DNA of 64,000 nt, from the NCBI GenBank assembly GCA_946965045.2, contig OX337232.1:2604001-2668000 (forward strand), written 5' to 3'. How positions within the stretch are numbered: position 1 is the stretch's first letter; each line of letters opens with the position of its first letter. The DNA is from Epithemia pelagica (Eukaryota > Protista > Bacillariophyta). Shown in pieces: positions 1 to 11,090 of the stretch. Made by a program: the position numbers and the translations under genes. The notes beneath the pieces are model-generated. The model saw nothing but the letters and a program-made list of their open reading frames with translations, was not told where the DNA came from and did not search any database.

Positions 1-123
1 TTTGGATTGGGAGGAAAAGTCTTTCGATTCAAACGACAATGGGCTATCTTCAAGCGTACCGGTTCCAAGAAAAAGGAACGCAAACGTGGACGTAGGAAGA
101 TACGCTTCGCTCGGTACCACTAG
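1..123 (+). CDS. Possible 3' end of a CDS entering from the left edge (basic C-terminus)
   Basis: Frame 1 is open from base 1 to TAG at 121-123: FGLGGKVFRFKRQWAIFKRTGSKKKERKRGRRKIRFARYH*. No family recognised. Confidence 0.3.
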   Translation, partial: FGLGGKVFRFKRQWAIFKRTGSKKKERKRGRRKIRFARYH

Positions 124-521
124 AGTGATGCTTTTCTTGTATAGTAACTCATTTGATTTTATCCGTCGTCCTTTTTAGATCGTGAATATACCACAAGAGG
201 AGTAGGTGCTTCTAGCTCGAAAACTATCTGTTCAAATGAACTCAAAAGTTTGGGTAACAAAGAAGAGAGCGGGCGGTCGTGGAAGAGGATTGCGTTCGGC
301 GCGTGCAAGCCCACTACGCACTATTGTACATACGTCGATCGCTGTCATGAGCACGTTCCTCGGCGTTCGGTTTCCTTTGCACGACACGAAGTTCGCATAA
401 AGTACAAGGAGCATGCTCGCTTGGATGGCGTCTTATCGAGAGAGATCCGTTGAAAGTTGAAACGAGCAACACGTTGTTCGCACACAACAAACAAAAACGC
501 CTCTCATTGTTGCAATCCACC

Positions 522-809
522 ATGGAGAGAAACATGAAACCGCAAACCAACCAGTATGAAACGAATCTTCAAGAACATGAACCAGAAGACGTAGAAGTCA
601 TGATTGGAGTAGAGACTCGTAACCATGATCTTTCCATAGTGTCGGATCCGTCGGTACCGAAACCACGGTCCCTGTTCTTGTCTTTGAGGGGGACCCTTTT
701 CTTGGTGCTCGTGTTGTGGTGGCTCTACTGCCACCCCTTGCATGAAATGGCGGACGAAACCCACGCACAACTTCGCACCCACCGTCGTCTAATGATCGAT
801 ACGGAGTAG
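522..809 (+). CDS. Small single-pass membrane protein, unknown function (about 95 aa)
   Basis: ATG at 522 (MERNMKPQ...); hydrophobic stretch LFLSLRGTLFLVLVLWWLYC; a diverged second copy lies 713 bp downstream. Confidence 0.45.
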   Translation: MERNMKPQTNQYETNLQEHEPEDVEVMIGVETRNHDLSIVSDPSVPKPRSLFLSLRGTLFLVLVLWWLYCHPLHEMADETHAQLRTHRRLMIDTE

Positions 810-1234
810 ATGTCATGAGAAAAAGGCTGAATCAAGGTCTTGGTTCGGCGCTTGTGGTGTCGTGTGCATGGTTCACATCATGCTCGTCATGCAGGTAAGG
901 GTGGATGGCATTGAGCTAAATCCACCTATGAGTCCCGTTACCAGTGATGACGGATAAGCCATTAAGGACACTTCCACTTCTCCGGTCTGTCCCCATATGA
1001 TGAGGCCTAACACCAAGACAGGATCGTGATTGGAAGTGACTATTCTCGACATTTTCAAAATCGGTCTTGGGCGAATCACAATGGCTGGCATTGAGAACTG
1101 ATGGAATCCTTTCAAGGTTGTAAGGAACAAGCTCTCTTGGATGGCCTCTGCCCGAGAGAGATATTTTGAAACGACCAACATTCGCAGTTCGCCCACAACA
1201 AACAAACGCCACTCATTGTGCTGCAAGATCCACC

Positions 1235-1530
1235 ATGGAATGGAACATGAAACTGCAAATCAACCAATCTGAATTAAATCTGCAAGAAGTTGAACCAAAA
1301 CACGTGGACACAGTGATGGGAGACGAGAGTGGCAACCATAGTTGATCCGCAGGGTCTGATGAATCGATAACCAAACCACGTCCTTTCTGCATGTCCTTTA
1401 GTGGGGCGCTTTTGTTGGTGATCGTGCGTGGTGGCTCTACTGTTCCTACGTTACTTGCCAGAAACGGTTTACAAAACCAACACTCAACTTCGCTCCCACC
1501 GTCGTCTAAGGATCGATGCGGAGTATAGCC
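1235..1530 (+). pseudogene. Decayed copy of the 522-809 small membrane protein
   Basis: MEWNMKLQINQSELNLQEVEPKHVDTVMGDESGNHS then premature TGA; homology resumes in frame (SDESITKPRPFCMSFSGALLLVIV), then a frameshift before WWLYC. Confidence 0.55.
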
Positions 1531-2479
1531 ATGAAAGGCCGAAATCGATGTCTGTGAAAAGTTGTCGTGTCCTTGGTTACAACATCAGCTGGTCTTGCAA
1601 GCAAGGGTGGATGATATTGCGCGAAGACCATCAGTTGTTGCCGTCTCCAATGATGATTGATGTGCCAGTGGCGTCACTTCCAGTACTCCGGTCTGTTCCC
1701 AGTTGCCATACCATAACGAGTACCCTCAAGACCTTATCGTGACGGGAAAGGGACTGTCCTCTTCGTTTCTCGTGGTTGACTTCTCGCGCTATGTTCTCGT
1801 GAGAATAAATAAAGCTCGAACGTCCTTCCCACCTTTGTTTGAGTAAACAATGTGGAGAAGACATGATTTTTGTTAGACCACACCGCATGGCCCATTGTCC
1901 ACGGTGTTCTTGGAAAACCTTGTCAACTTAGACCTATAAACACTGCTGCTTACAAATCCTATCAAAAATGCAGTTACCGATCACCGATCTATTGCTATGG
2001 TATACTCATTCCTCGTAGCAAAACTACCTAGGAGTAGTCATTTTTGTAGAGGAAGGCTTCCTTCGTTCATGGCTTGATCTGAATGAGCAAAGATGGCGGT
2101 TGCATTTTCCTCACATGTCGTAACAGAAGAGAAGCTGCCTCGGTCGGAGTCCAAAGCAACTTGGTTTTCATTTTCAGTACGGAGTACGGATACTCTCGAC
2201 TCGTCTACCGACAAGACCGATTCTATCGTCGCAGCTATCCCAAATCCCAAATCCATTTTTTATAACTTTAAGGTTTTATCAGACTTAAGTTGTAAGTCCA
2301 ACTTGCATCGACCAAACGCCGCAACACGAACACGCACACCGCACACCCACCAAAAGATTTCAAATTTAACATCGCCACAACTTTTGTTGACGCCAGACGC
2401 TGCACACCCGAAAGTGCCGAAGATCTTGAATAAAAGTTGTTGTTGGGAAGACCCTTTTGTTTTCATCCATTGTTTGACC

Positions 2480-5400
2480 ATGGCTCAATCTCCCGCACGT
2501 GACAGTGGTGCGGAGGACTTTCAGGTGAATGAGCCTGTCATGGTATTTCGAGATTCTCGGCTCTTGGAAGGAGTTGTCGCTTTCACAGGCAAGGTGGACT
2601 TTGCCGAAGGCTTGGATTGGGTGGGTGTTCGATTGACTGGATCGGCTGTGGGGCAAGGCAAAAATGACGGCAGTGTCCAAGGAAAATCCTACTTTTCGGC
2701 TCCTCCTAATTCAGGTCTGTTTGTCCGAAAAACTCATGTTCGAAAGCGACAATTGACAAGGTTGGAGGAATTACGACTTCGACGAGAATTGGCCGGTGCG
2801 GGCACCAGTGTGGCTACTTCGTCGTCAGTGACCGCCGCCGCCACTCCCAGCAGTAACTCGGGTGGTACGGCTGCTGCAGGCAGTAGTACGGGAGAACGGA
2901 CTCTCGCGTCGCCCTCACCATCGGTAGGTGGAACAACCACGGCCTCGACACCCGCTCGAAGTGCCTCGGTGGCATCGTCGACAACATCCACAACATCGAC
3001 GGGACAAACACAGTCGAGATTGGAAGAATTGCGGGCACGTCGTGCGGCCATTCAGGAACAACGAACGGCAGCGGAAAGGAATGCAGCCGCGGCGGCTACG
3101 ACTACCACCCCTGTGGTAAGTCGTCGAGGGCGAGAATCAGCCGACACGGCGACTCCTGCCGAGACGGGGTCCATGATTGGAAGAGGAGCTCCCACAACTC
3201 CTTCAGAAACTACTGCTGCTGCTCCTCCTCCTCCGCCTTCTGTTGCTTCGGTGGAACAGGATCAATCGTACGGAAATGCACAAGAACTAGCCACACAAGT
3301 TCAGCAACTCCAGCAAGAGCTGCAAAAATTGTCGCAAGAAAAGGAAAATCAACGGAATCAAATGTCAAATCTGGACAACCAATTGCAGGCCACACGGGGC
3401 GAATTGGATCAAGCCAATGAAATGATATCCAAGCTTGAGGAACGAAAGAAGCATGAAGAACGGACTGTCATGTCCGAGTCGCTGCAGCAAGAATTCAATG
3501 AAATCCAATCGGCCAAGGACGAAGCGCAAGAAAAAGTGGATGAAATTCAGGCCGAAGTGAAACGATTGGAGGTTACCTTGAAACAAGAAAAGGAAGCTCA
3601 TGCCGCCCATTTGGACGAGTTGACATTGGCTCGGACCCAAGCGACGACATGGCAAAAAGAGTACCAAGCTCTTCGTGATCAGTCCTCCTCCAAATCGTCC
3701 ACGGATGCCTCGCAGTACAAGGAACGAGCTCGCTTCCAGGCAGAGCTGGCTGGTCATCAAAGGGAAAAGGGTCAATGGCAAAAAGAAAAACAAGACCTCG
3801 AAACCGCATTAGAAGAATTAACATTGGATAAGGAACAGCTACTGGAAGAGAAGGAAGCACTGGAAGACAAGGTGGAGGAACTCAAATTGGATGCCGAGAC
3901 GGCATCCATGGAGGTGGAGGAACTCAAGCTTGAAGTGGAAGATGCTCGACAAGCCATGGAAGCTGCCGCATCGGGTGGACGAGAAGATGACACATCGGAA
4001 GAAAAGATTCGAGCCCTTTCGGTCCAAAATTCTCGTCTTCGAGAAGCCTTGATTCGGTTGCGAGAACAGACAACGGTCGAGAAAATGGAACAAAGCAAAC
4101 AGTTACGATCGGCGGAAAAGGAAGTGGAGGAAGCTCGGGCGTTGACCACCGAAGTGGAGAACTTGAGAACCTTGAAGGCTAGTTTTGAAGAACAAATCAA
4201 CGATTTGAAAGACATGGTGGAACAAGGTGCCGCGTTTGAAGGCATGGTGGAGGATTTGAGTGATCGTGTGCTCTCTCTCGAAGAAGACAATGTTGCCTTA
4301 CAAACGACCATTCGGGAAATGGAAGAAGGTGCGGATCTTACGGCAGAAGTAGAAGAAGTTCAAGCTGAAGAACTCAAGGCTCTGACACGTGACTTGGAAG
4401 GCCGTGACGCCATTATCCATAACTTGGAGGAAGCTATCAAAATGCAACGCCGTCGAGAAGATGACTTTCGTCGAACCATTAGCAACTATCGAAATTCGGT
4501 TGAGTTGCTTAAACAAGAGAAACAAGCTTTGTTGGAACTCCAACAAGGTGGGGAAGCCAACAAGTCAAATTTGATCGCCTCGTCGCAAAAGGCATTGGCA
4601 CGAGCTGCCCAGCTTGTTTCCGATGCAGCTGAAATGCGAAAGCGCGAGGCTCAATACACGTTTGATGGAATTGACTATCAAGTATACAAGCATTTGGCAG
4701 TCCGTCTCGAACAGATGTTGCCACCGTCAGTCGCAGCGGCGGAACTTGCTGCCTCGAAGGGGGAGCTGCTCACTTCCAAGGTCATCGGAATTGCCTCCAA
4801 AGCGCTAGAAGGAATAGTACATTCATTTAACAAGGTCATCAAACCTGCCTTACCAACCGAGAGCACAGCATCCGAGTCACCAAAATTCGTTCTATCAGAT
4901 GACGCCAAACAAGAAGCGGCCGCCATGTTTCATCAGGCAGAACATGGCCACGTGTTGGTTGAAGTTTCAGCGGATCTTCGTCGTCTCTTGGCGGCTGGAC
5001 AATGGCCTGATCTATTGACAACGGACGTGTCAATCGAACTAGGATCTATCCTAGGACATTCCGTGGGGGATCTTGATAGCAGGATTGGAGTTGTTCTCAA
5101 ATATCTAAAGGAAGAAGGGGTCTTGACCCCGGAGCAATCCAATATTGAATCATTGAAGCAGAGCATCCAGGTCACCATGCAGCGTTTACAAGCTGATATT
5201 GAACGTGAAGACGCAATTTTGGTACCTTCGAACTGGCAACCTCCGGGCTGGCAACTCCTTAAGGATGCATCCACGGCACGATTTTACTGCCTTGGTGGTG
5301 CGGCAGCGTTGTCTTCCATTCTCAACCAGCCAGAGTTTTCTGAATCTCCTCCCGAGGTGTTGGTACAGTTGTACAATCGAATCGAACAAGCATCTTCACA

Positions 5401-6565
5401 AGCGACGAATGCCTGTTTGCGACTGACGCACCTCGATGTGCTGAATAGTCAGCTCGTAAATGAACTTACGGAAGCAACTGTATCGTGGAAAGCGAATGCC
5501 AGTGACATGTTCAAGGCAGTGCACGAATACGTTTTGTCCGACGGAGATAGTGCATCTTGTGAAATCGCAACGTCCAAGACCCTCAAGGATCTAGCAAAAC
5601 TCTTGTCGATTACACGTGCAGCCCAACTCAATCCAAGTGAAAACAATGAGGTTCATGCCCTCTCCCCGGAAGACGGAGACTGTTGGCGACGTCTTACTGG
5701 TTTGGTGAGAACGATTCGAGAAGTTGACGGTGACCCGGAGGACGTGAACCATATTATCCGTGTCCGTGAAATGGAGCGTCACCTGGAACAGGCGATTGCC
5801 AATGAACCCAAGTTGGAACAAGCTGAATCTCGTGTGGCACAGCTTGAAAAGACGCTATCCTCTCGCTCGAGGGAAATTTCCATGACCAATGCCCGCTTGT
5901 CCGAGTTGGAGAAACAACTGGCGAAAACAAGTGGCATTCGCAGTAGGGCACATTCGGCGGATGTCAAATCCGCGGAGGAGTTTAACAATCTCAAAGAAGA
6001 GAATCGTGTGTTAACAGAGGCCATGGATGTGTTGCAACGACAAGTGGACGAATATGAGAATGAGATTAGGTCTCTCAAGGACTTCAAGACTCCCAAACGT
6101 GGAGCTGGAGCCCGTAGTTCTCCTCGTCGAGCCATCACGAGCATTGCGGACTTGGCTTCTCCAGGAAGGGGAGGAGCGATGGAAGAACCGGCATTGTCAA
6201 ATACAGGGGCCTTGGAAGCTACAATCTTTCGCCCTGCCCTTCAGAATGCATTGCGAGATGCTGCTCGATGGAAGTCGGCGGCCGTGGCGTCTGCCTTGGC
6301 TGACCTGCCGCCACTTCCGACGACGTACAAGACCAGTGATGGGCTCCTGGGACCGAAAGTGGAAGCAGCTGCGAGTGACGCCATACAGTTAGACTCCGCC
6401 TTGTCGAGCTATCGCATGACCATGGCCTCAGTGAAACTGGTGGATCTCACCAATCCCCTGAAAAGTCCTCGTCAACAACTACGTGAGAGCAAAGCCCAAT
6501 CTCGAATTGCAACGGAGAATTTGGAGTTTGCAGTGAGCCGATGCCGAAGGAACATGTTTGCATAG
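2480..6565 (+). CDS. DCTN1: Dynactin subunit 1 (p150Glued)
   Basis: N-terminal CAP-Gly domain (GKVDFAEGLDWVGV...GKNDGSVQGKSYF...GLFVR), Ser/Thr/Ala-rich linker, long coiled coils, then a dynactin-type region (LSDRVLSLEE, DLTAEVEE). Start placed at MAQSP (2480), not the ORF-track start 2093. Confidence 0.9.
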   Translation: MAQSPARDSGAEDFQVNEPVMVFRDSRLLEGVVAFTGKVDFAEGLDWVGVRLTGSAVGQGKNDGSVQGKSYFSAPPNSGLFVRKTHVRKRQLTRLEELRLRRELAGAGTSVATSSSVTAAATPSSNSGGTAAAGSSTGERTLASPSPSVGGTTTASTPARSASVASSTTSTTSTGQTQSRLEELRARRAAIQEQRTAAERNAAAAATTTTPVVSRRGRESADTATPAETGSMIGRGAPTTPSETTAAAPPPPPSVASVEQDQSYGNAQELATQVQQLQQELQKLSQEKENQRNQMSNLDNQLQATRGELDQANEMISKLEERKKHEERTVMSESLQQEFNEIQSAKDEAQEKVDEIQAEVKRLEVTLKQEKEAHAAHLDELTLARTQATTWQKEYQALRDQSSSKSSTDASQYKERARFQAELAGHQREKGQWQKEKQDLETALEELTLDKEQLLEEKEALEDKVEELKLDAETASMEVEELKLEVEDARQAMEAAASGGREDDTSEEKIRALSVQNSRLREALIRLREQTTVEKMEQSKQLRSAEKEVEEARALTTEVENLRTLKASFEEQINDLKDMVEQGAAFEGMVEDLSDRVLSLEEDNVALQTTIREMEEGADLTAEVEEVQAEELKALTRDLEGRDAIIHNLEEAIKMQRRREDDFRRTISNYRNSVELLKQEKQALLELQQGGEANKSNLIASSQKALARAAQLVSDAAEMRKREAQYTFDGIDYQVYKHLAVRLEQMLPPSVAAAELAASKGELLTSKVIGIASKALEGIVHSFNKVIKPALPTESTASESPKFVLSDDAKQEAAAMFHQAEHGHVLVEVSADLRRLLAAGQWPDLLTTDVSIELGSILGHSVGDLDSRIGVVLKYLKEEGVLTPEQSNIESLKQSIQVTMQRLQADIEREDAILVPSNWQPPGWQLLKDASTARFYCLGGAAALSSILNQPEFSESPPEVLVQLYNRIEQASSQATNACLRLTHLDVLNSQLVNELTEATVSWKANASDMFKAVHEYVLSDGDSASCEIATSKTLKDLAKLLSITRAAQLNPSENNEVHALSPEDGDCWRRLTGLVRTIREVDGDPEDVNHIIRVREMERHLEQAIANEPKLEQAESRVAQLEKTLSSRSREISMTNARLSELEKQLAKTSGIRSRAHSADVKSAEEFNNLKEENRVLTEAMDVLQRQVDEYENEIRSLKDFKTPKRGAGARSSPRRAITSIADLASPGRGGAMEEPALSNTGALEATIFRPALQNALRDAARWKSAAVASALADLPPLPTTYKTSDGLLGPKVEAAASDAIQLDSALSSYRMTMASVKLVDLTNPLKSPRQQLRESKAQSRIATENLEFAVSRCRRNMFA

Positions 6566-6901
6566 GTTAAGGGAAAGTTAAGAACGGCCCACATTATGGA
6601 CAAATGCATACTTGGCCAATTATTCTAATTTTCTAGACAAACTTGAAAGGTGGAACACCACCCTTGGGATCCGGCTTGACACTATAGTGTAAAGTTGATC
6701 AATCATTGTCAACAAGGCCTATGTGGTCTAGCCTCAAATTGCATTCGATGGAGTAGACAGAAGGAAGCATGGCGTGAATCAGTCCCCATAGCACGCCATC
6801 CATTTTCGAACAAGACCACAACGTCCATGGAGGGGACAGAAGGCTCCTTTACCCGCAAAAACGTTTCCTTTCGACTTCCTCTGATCGCAGTTTGATGTCT
6901 C

Positions 6902-7528
6902 TTATGTTGGACCACGTGGTGCTCCCTCTGTCGTCTCCAAGTGCGGTGGAGTTTTGGTGTAAGGAAGGAAGAAGCGCTTTGTAGTGTGTGATTTCTTTGT
7001 TTGTTCATTGACAATCAATAGTGTTTGTAATAAGCAGGTTCGATCTGGTTCCTGTACAAGCTCTTTGATATCTGTCACAGTTGCCAGTCCATTGACTGTT
7101 TTGATAGAGTTTTGAATTTCCAAATGCGTCGGACCTCTCCTGGAAAAGGGAAGGTTATGATGGGTAAGCTCAAGGCAACAGATTCGGCCATGATCATGCA
7201 AAACTTACGACACAGCCAGCGACCTCTTCGGTCGGTCACCAGGTGGCAAGAATACCACCGTGTGTTTATTGAACTCCAAGTCAACCACCAAATCATTGTT
7301 CACACGGCTTCGTTTGACAATCTGCACTCTTTGATGATCCATGGTGATGGTGTGGATCGTATCGTGTTCCTTCTCCCCCTTTTCGTGAGCTTCAATTGCC
7401 AATGGATCCACATTCATGACTTCCAAATAGTGTTTCATACTCCATGGCTCTCTTGTTTTGTCTAGTATCCACGCACCATTCAGTGAATCTCGACGAAGTA
7501 TCTGAGGATCCGCCGTCATCTTGGCCAT
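6902..7528 (-). CDS. FABP/calycin-like lipid-binding-fold protein (2 exons)
   Basis: Exons 7528-7209 and 7139-6902 with a GTAAG...CAG intron at 7208-7140. The joined product is continuous: LNGAWILDK (GxW motif)...MKHYLEVMNV...SLAVSRGPTHLEIQNS...LLQTLLIVNEQTKKSHTTKRFF. The fold assignment rests on motif resemblance only. Confidence 0.6.
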
Positions 7529-7572
7529 GGCCTCTCCTTTATATGAAGCGACAAGCGACGAACAAAAATGAG

Positions 7573-7638
7573 CTACCCATCGAAAAGTGGTTTTCGGAAG
7601 GGTAACTACCCATCGAAAAGTGGTTTTCGGAAGGGTAG
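7573..7638. repeat. Two tandem copies of a 33-bp self-complementary unit
   Basis: ctacccatcgaaaagtggttttcggaagggta(a/g) x2; each unit has CTACCC/GGGTAG ends and an inner CGAAAA-gtgg-TTTTCG hairpin. Confidence 0.9.
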
Positions 7639-7725
7639 CTACCTAGTGTAGAGGGAGCATGATCTTCTCCCTAGGAGCGAGGATCCATGCCAAAGAAGAA
7701 TGAATGCACCGATACAAGAAAGGTA

Positions 7726-10708
7726 TTAGATATTCAATTTATCTCCGTAGACTTGTCGACACCGCCCAATGGCCCAAATGGGAAAGACATTTCTGTACGC
7801 GGTGTACGTAATGCCACAAGCTCGATTGAATACTCCTGCAATACCTTCTTGAGGCCAATCTCCACTGGGCAGTTGTCGACTCAACAAATATTGGACCCCA
7901 CGTCGAACGGCCTCAACATTGTCGTACTCGGCAGCTGACAAGGCTAGTAGGGCCCATCCAGTGTTCACCACACCACTTCCGTCATGTCCATAGGCTTTCA
8001 TTCCATGTTCAGGATAGGCCTTATCGAAGCATGCGGTGAAGTCTTCACCCCATCCTCCATTGGGACGTTGATTCTTGATCAAAAACTCACAGGCCTTTAG
8101 AATGGAGTCGGAAGTAGTTGCTTCACCACACTTTACCAGGCCTTCCACGCCAAACCATGCTCCGTAACAGAAGCAACAGGCCCAACTTCCATACCAGCTT
8201 CCATCTGGGCGTTGCAAGCTCTTCAAGAAATCACGGCCCTTGGAAATGGCATGTTGTATTTCTGTTGTTCGATGATTCGGAAATTCTTCATGAAACTCCA
8301 CGAGGCCGGTAATGGAGGCCATACTACATTCCACATAGGAATAGTCAATCATGATATCACCAAACACTTCGCTGGGATTCAAGCTTTCGTACCAACCAAA
8401 GCCGCGATTGTTCTCATACGTAGCCCATCCTCCATCCTCGTTCTGGTACAACAACAAAACATTGGCAGCATTTTGCAATCGTTCTTCATCAATCGGTTTG
8501 AGGCTCCCATCTTTGAGTCCCGCTTGAATCGTCTTGGTCTTGAGGAGACAAAGGGTTCCCTTGAGACCTTCACCGGTACAATCACTAATGGGCCAACCAT
8601 GTGCCGAAGTACTAAAGGGCCAACCCCCTTGCGACACATGACGATAACACTTTTTTCGTCCCGAGGCACTTTCGTATTCAAAGGCGGCTGTGGCCTGCGA
8701 TACTTCCGTGGAAAGAATTTGAGTGCGTTCCAAGTAGGACCAAACCTTTCGTGCCGCCTCTGGAAAGTCATCAACTAGACCGGATTCGAACATGGCCTGA
8801 ACAGCAAAGGATGTATCCCAGCTTTGACTACCATTGTATCCCTTCATTTTTAACCCATCCTCCGCTAACCAGAGATAATCCGCCACTCGCGCCATGTGAT
8901 TCACGACGGACGAATGTTTCAAATCACCACCCGAATTATGAAAGGCTGAGAGCATATTGAGGACTTTGTTCACTGGTCCGATATCTATGAAATTTGTTTG
9001 GAGATCTTCCGCCTCCATGTAGTCTAGGCTAAACTTCAAACCATGTTTCCGAACAAAGTTTTTAAAGGGTTGAAAGATGGACCATGTCTCGTAGCGAGCG
9101 AGTACGTTTTGCAAGACGAGCATGGTCCATGGAATCGGTGAGTAATTGTCCATGGGAGCCACAAAATGTCGCGTTTGGATCCACGATATGCTGTCATAGG
9201 GTTCAAGATACAATTCCTGTCTCAGGGCTTGAATGGTGGGATCCTTGGCGGCTTGGGAATACACGACTCGAGCGCCGTACAAATATCCCATGGGCAAGTA
9301 CACCATGCGGGCATGACACCACATGCGTCCCGGATGAAAGGCCACCCAGTTGGGCAGGAGCCACATTTCGGGAGGTACCGCATTGTGTCCCTCCCATTCC
9401 ATACACCCCAACAAACAGAGATAAAACTTGGCCCACGAAGATGTGTACAGTGCTCCACCCTGCTCTCGCAAAAATGTTCGTCCTGCTTGAGCGACGGGAT
9501 CGTCCGCCGATACACCCAACAACCTTAAGGCGACATAATTCAAGGTAGTTCCAAACATGGTACTGGGAGATTCAATGTGCGTCCCCCATCCCCCGTCGGA
9601 TTGTTGATGTGACATAATGTAACGCTTCATGAGCTCCTGCTCGGTTTCACTCAACATGATTGGAGGTTGTCCCATGACATACCAAACCACAATAAGACCG
9701 GGCATGAGAAACAAGGGACCGCCATAATCACCCGACCAATGTCCGTCGTCCGTTTGCAACATGCTGTAAAAATGCACCGCCCGACGCAGTGCTTCTGTCG
9801 TCTTGTTGTCGTCTTGTTTTGTGTTTTTGGAAGTTGGTTTCGCGGCCTTGGTACCACCGTGTCGTTGCAAATACGTTCGAATTTGCTGGGCTCGAAACAG
9901 TTGATCGGCACTGTTGGGGTTGACACTGGGATCAAAGCCCCAGGGTCGACCTCCACTCGCCAATTCTCGAACCACCTTCTCGTCCACCCTGTGTCGTCCA
10001 TTGGTCAATGCCTTGTTGTTGCCGGGCATCCAGACATCGCGTCCGGCTGCTTCTCCCGTCAAGGAGAGGCCCGTGCCGGCAAATCGGTCTTGCAACGTCC
10101 ATTCATGTGACTGCTGTGCTTGGGCATAGACCAAGGCTTTTTCCTGGGAGGCCGTCAAAGGTCGAATGCCCTTGTTCCATTGAGGATATCGTTGAATTTT
10201 GTGAGGACGCGGGCCACCCGGTAAGGAAACACCTGGTAATAGGTGATGAATGACATGGCACAGACAACCATAGACGAGGGCCACTCCTCCACCCACAATC
10301 CACAACCGTGATCCAGTGTCATTGGTTCCCATGACGGCAAGAACGGCTGCCCACAGGAGGAGTATCAAGCTCCAATGCAACAGTAAACGAGTCAAAGGGG
10401 CAAAGGCACCCAGTACTGGATCATAACCGGCAGTTCCAATCCTGGAACAAAGGACACCATGGTAAAGATAACCCCACAATCCTTGTCCGTTGGGTCGTTT
10501 GCCTACACAGAACACAAACGTAGCGACTGGGTCAGAACGTTTCACCATAGACAGCAAAAAAGGAGGAATGTGTTGTCCTGTCTCTTGCAACACCATGACA
10601 TGCTCACGTACCAAGTTGATCCAAAGGCGTTCCTTCGGCAACGGTAGCATGCACCAATAAGGACACCATCAAGCCAAGGCCCAAACTCGCGATCACCAAC
10701 GATGCCAT
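7726..10708 (-). CDS. CAS1: Oxidosqualene cyclase, cycloartenol synthase type (2 exons)
   Basis: Exons 10708-10612 and 10502-7726 with a GTACGT...TAG intron at 10611-10503. QW repeats (QQSDGGWG, QNEDGGW, QRPDGSW, QRPNGGWG, QLPSGDW); DYGGPLF; MWCHAR; catalytic ISDCTGEG. Tyr in KGYNGSQ and His/Ile in AHGWPISD match cycloartenol rather than lanosterol synthase signatures. Confidence 0.92.
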
Positions 10709-11024
10709 CCTGTCCGCTTCGTTTTGCGTCTCCTCGGAAATACAATGCAAGCACTGACTGCTGCTGGAGACGACGAACACCACTAAGTCTTGGGTCTTGG
10801 ATCGACTTGAAGGATCCTTTCCAAAAAACAAATGGGGTGCAAGGATGAGACGACGATGCGAGAAACACGACAAAAAATGACAGTTCGCGGAACACTCGCA
10901 CGTTATAAGCGACTGCGGATCGTCGTGGATGCCGTTGGGATGATCTGCGCGCCCATCCGAGCCGTCCTGGTTCCTGACGCAGACAGGAACGCGCGCTTTT
11001 CTCTATTCAACCCCACTCAGATGC

Positions 11025-11090
11025 GCGCGAAAGACAGATGGCTGGGATCACACGCGCGTTGATTCAAATCTACTTAGGGCCTTTTCGCGC
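11025..11090. promoter_or_regulatory. Two E2F-consensus sites (TTTCGCGC) upstream of RNR
   Basis: GCGCGAAA at 11025-11032 and TTTCGCGC at 11083-11090 lie in a CGCG-rich divergent promoter, 190-250 bp upstream of the RNR ATG. RNR is a classical E2F target in plants and animals. Confidence 0.45.

Larger units (their letters stand above)
455..1760. repeat. Diverged tandem duplication, period about 713 bp
   Basis: About 455-820 aligns with 1168-1535 (e.g. caacttcgcacccaccgtcgtctaatgatcgatacggagta vs caacttcgctcccaccgtcgtctaaggatcgatgcggagta). About 875-1040 aligns with 1585-1750 (aagggtggatggcattg vs aagggtggatgatattg; cacttccacttctccggtctgt vs cacttccagtactccggtctgt). Confidence 0.75.

Noticed and set aside
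2093-2479. 129-aa N-terminal extension of dynactin in the ORF track
   Set aside because: It reads like promoter/5' UTR sequence; p150 normally begins just before the CAP-Gly domain, which follows the ATG at 2480.
7573-7638. CRISPR-like repeat
   Set aside because: Only two abutting units, no spacer, no cas genes, eukaryotic context.
10503-10650. ORF-track start of the oxidosqualene cyclase at 10650
   Set aside because: This read-through crosses a GT-AG intron (10611-10503); the spliced start at 10708 gives a coherent hydrophobic N-terminus.
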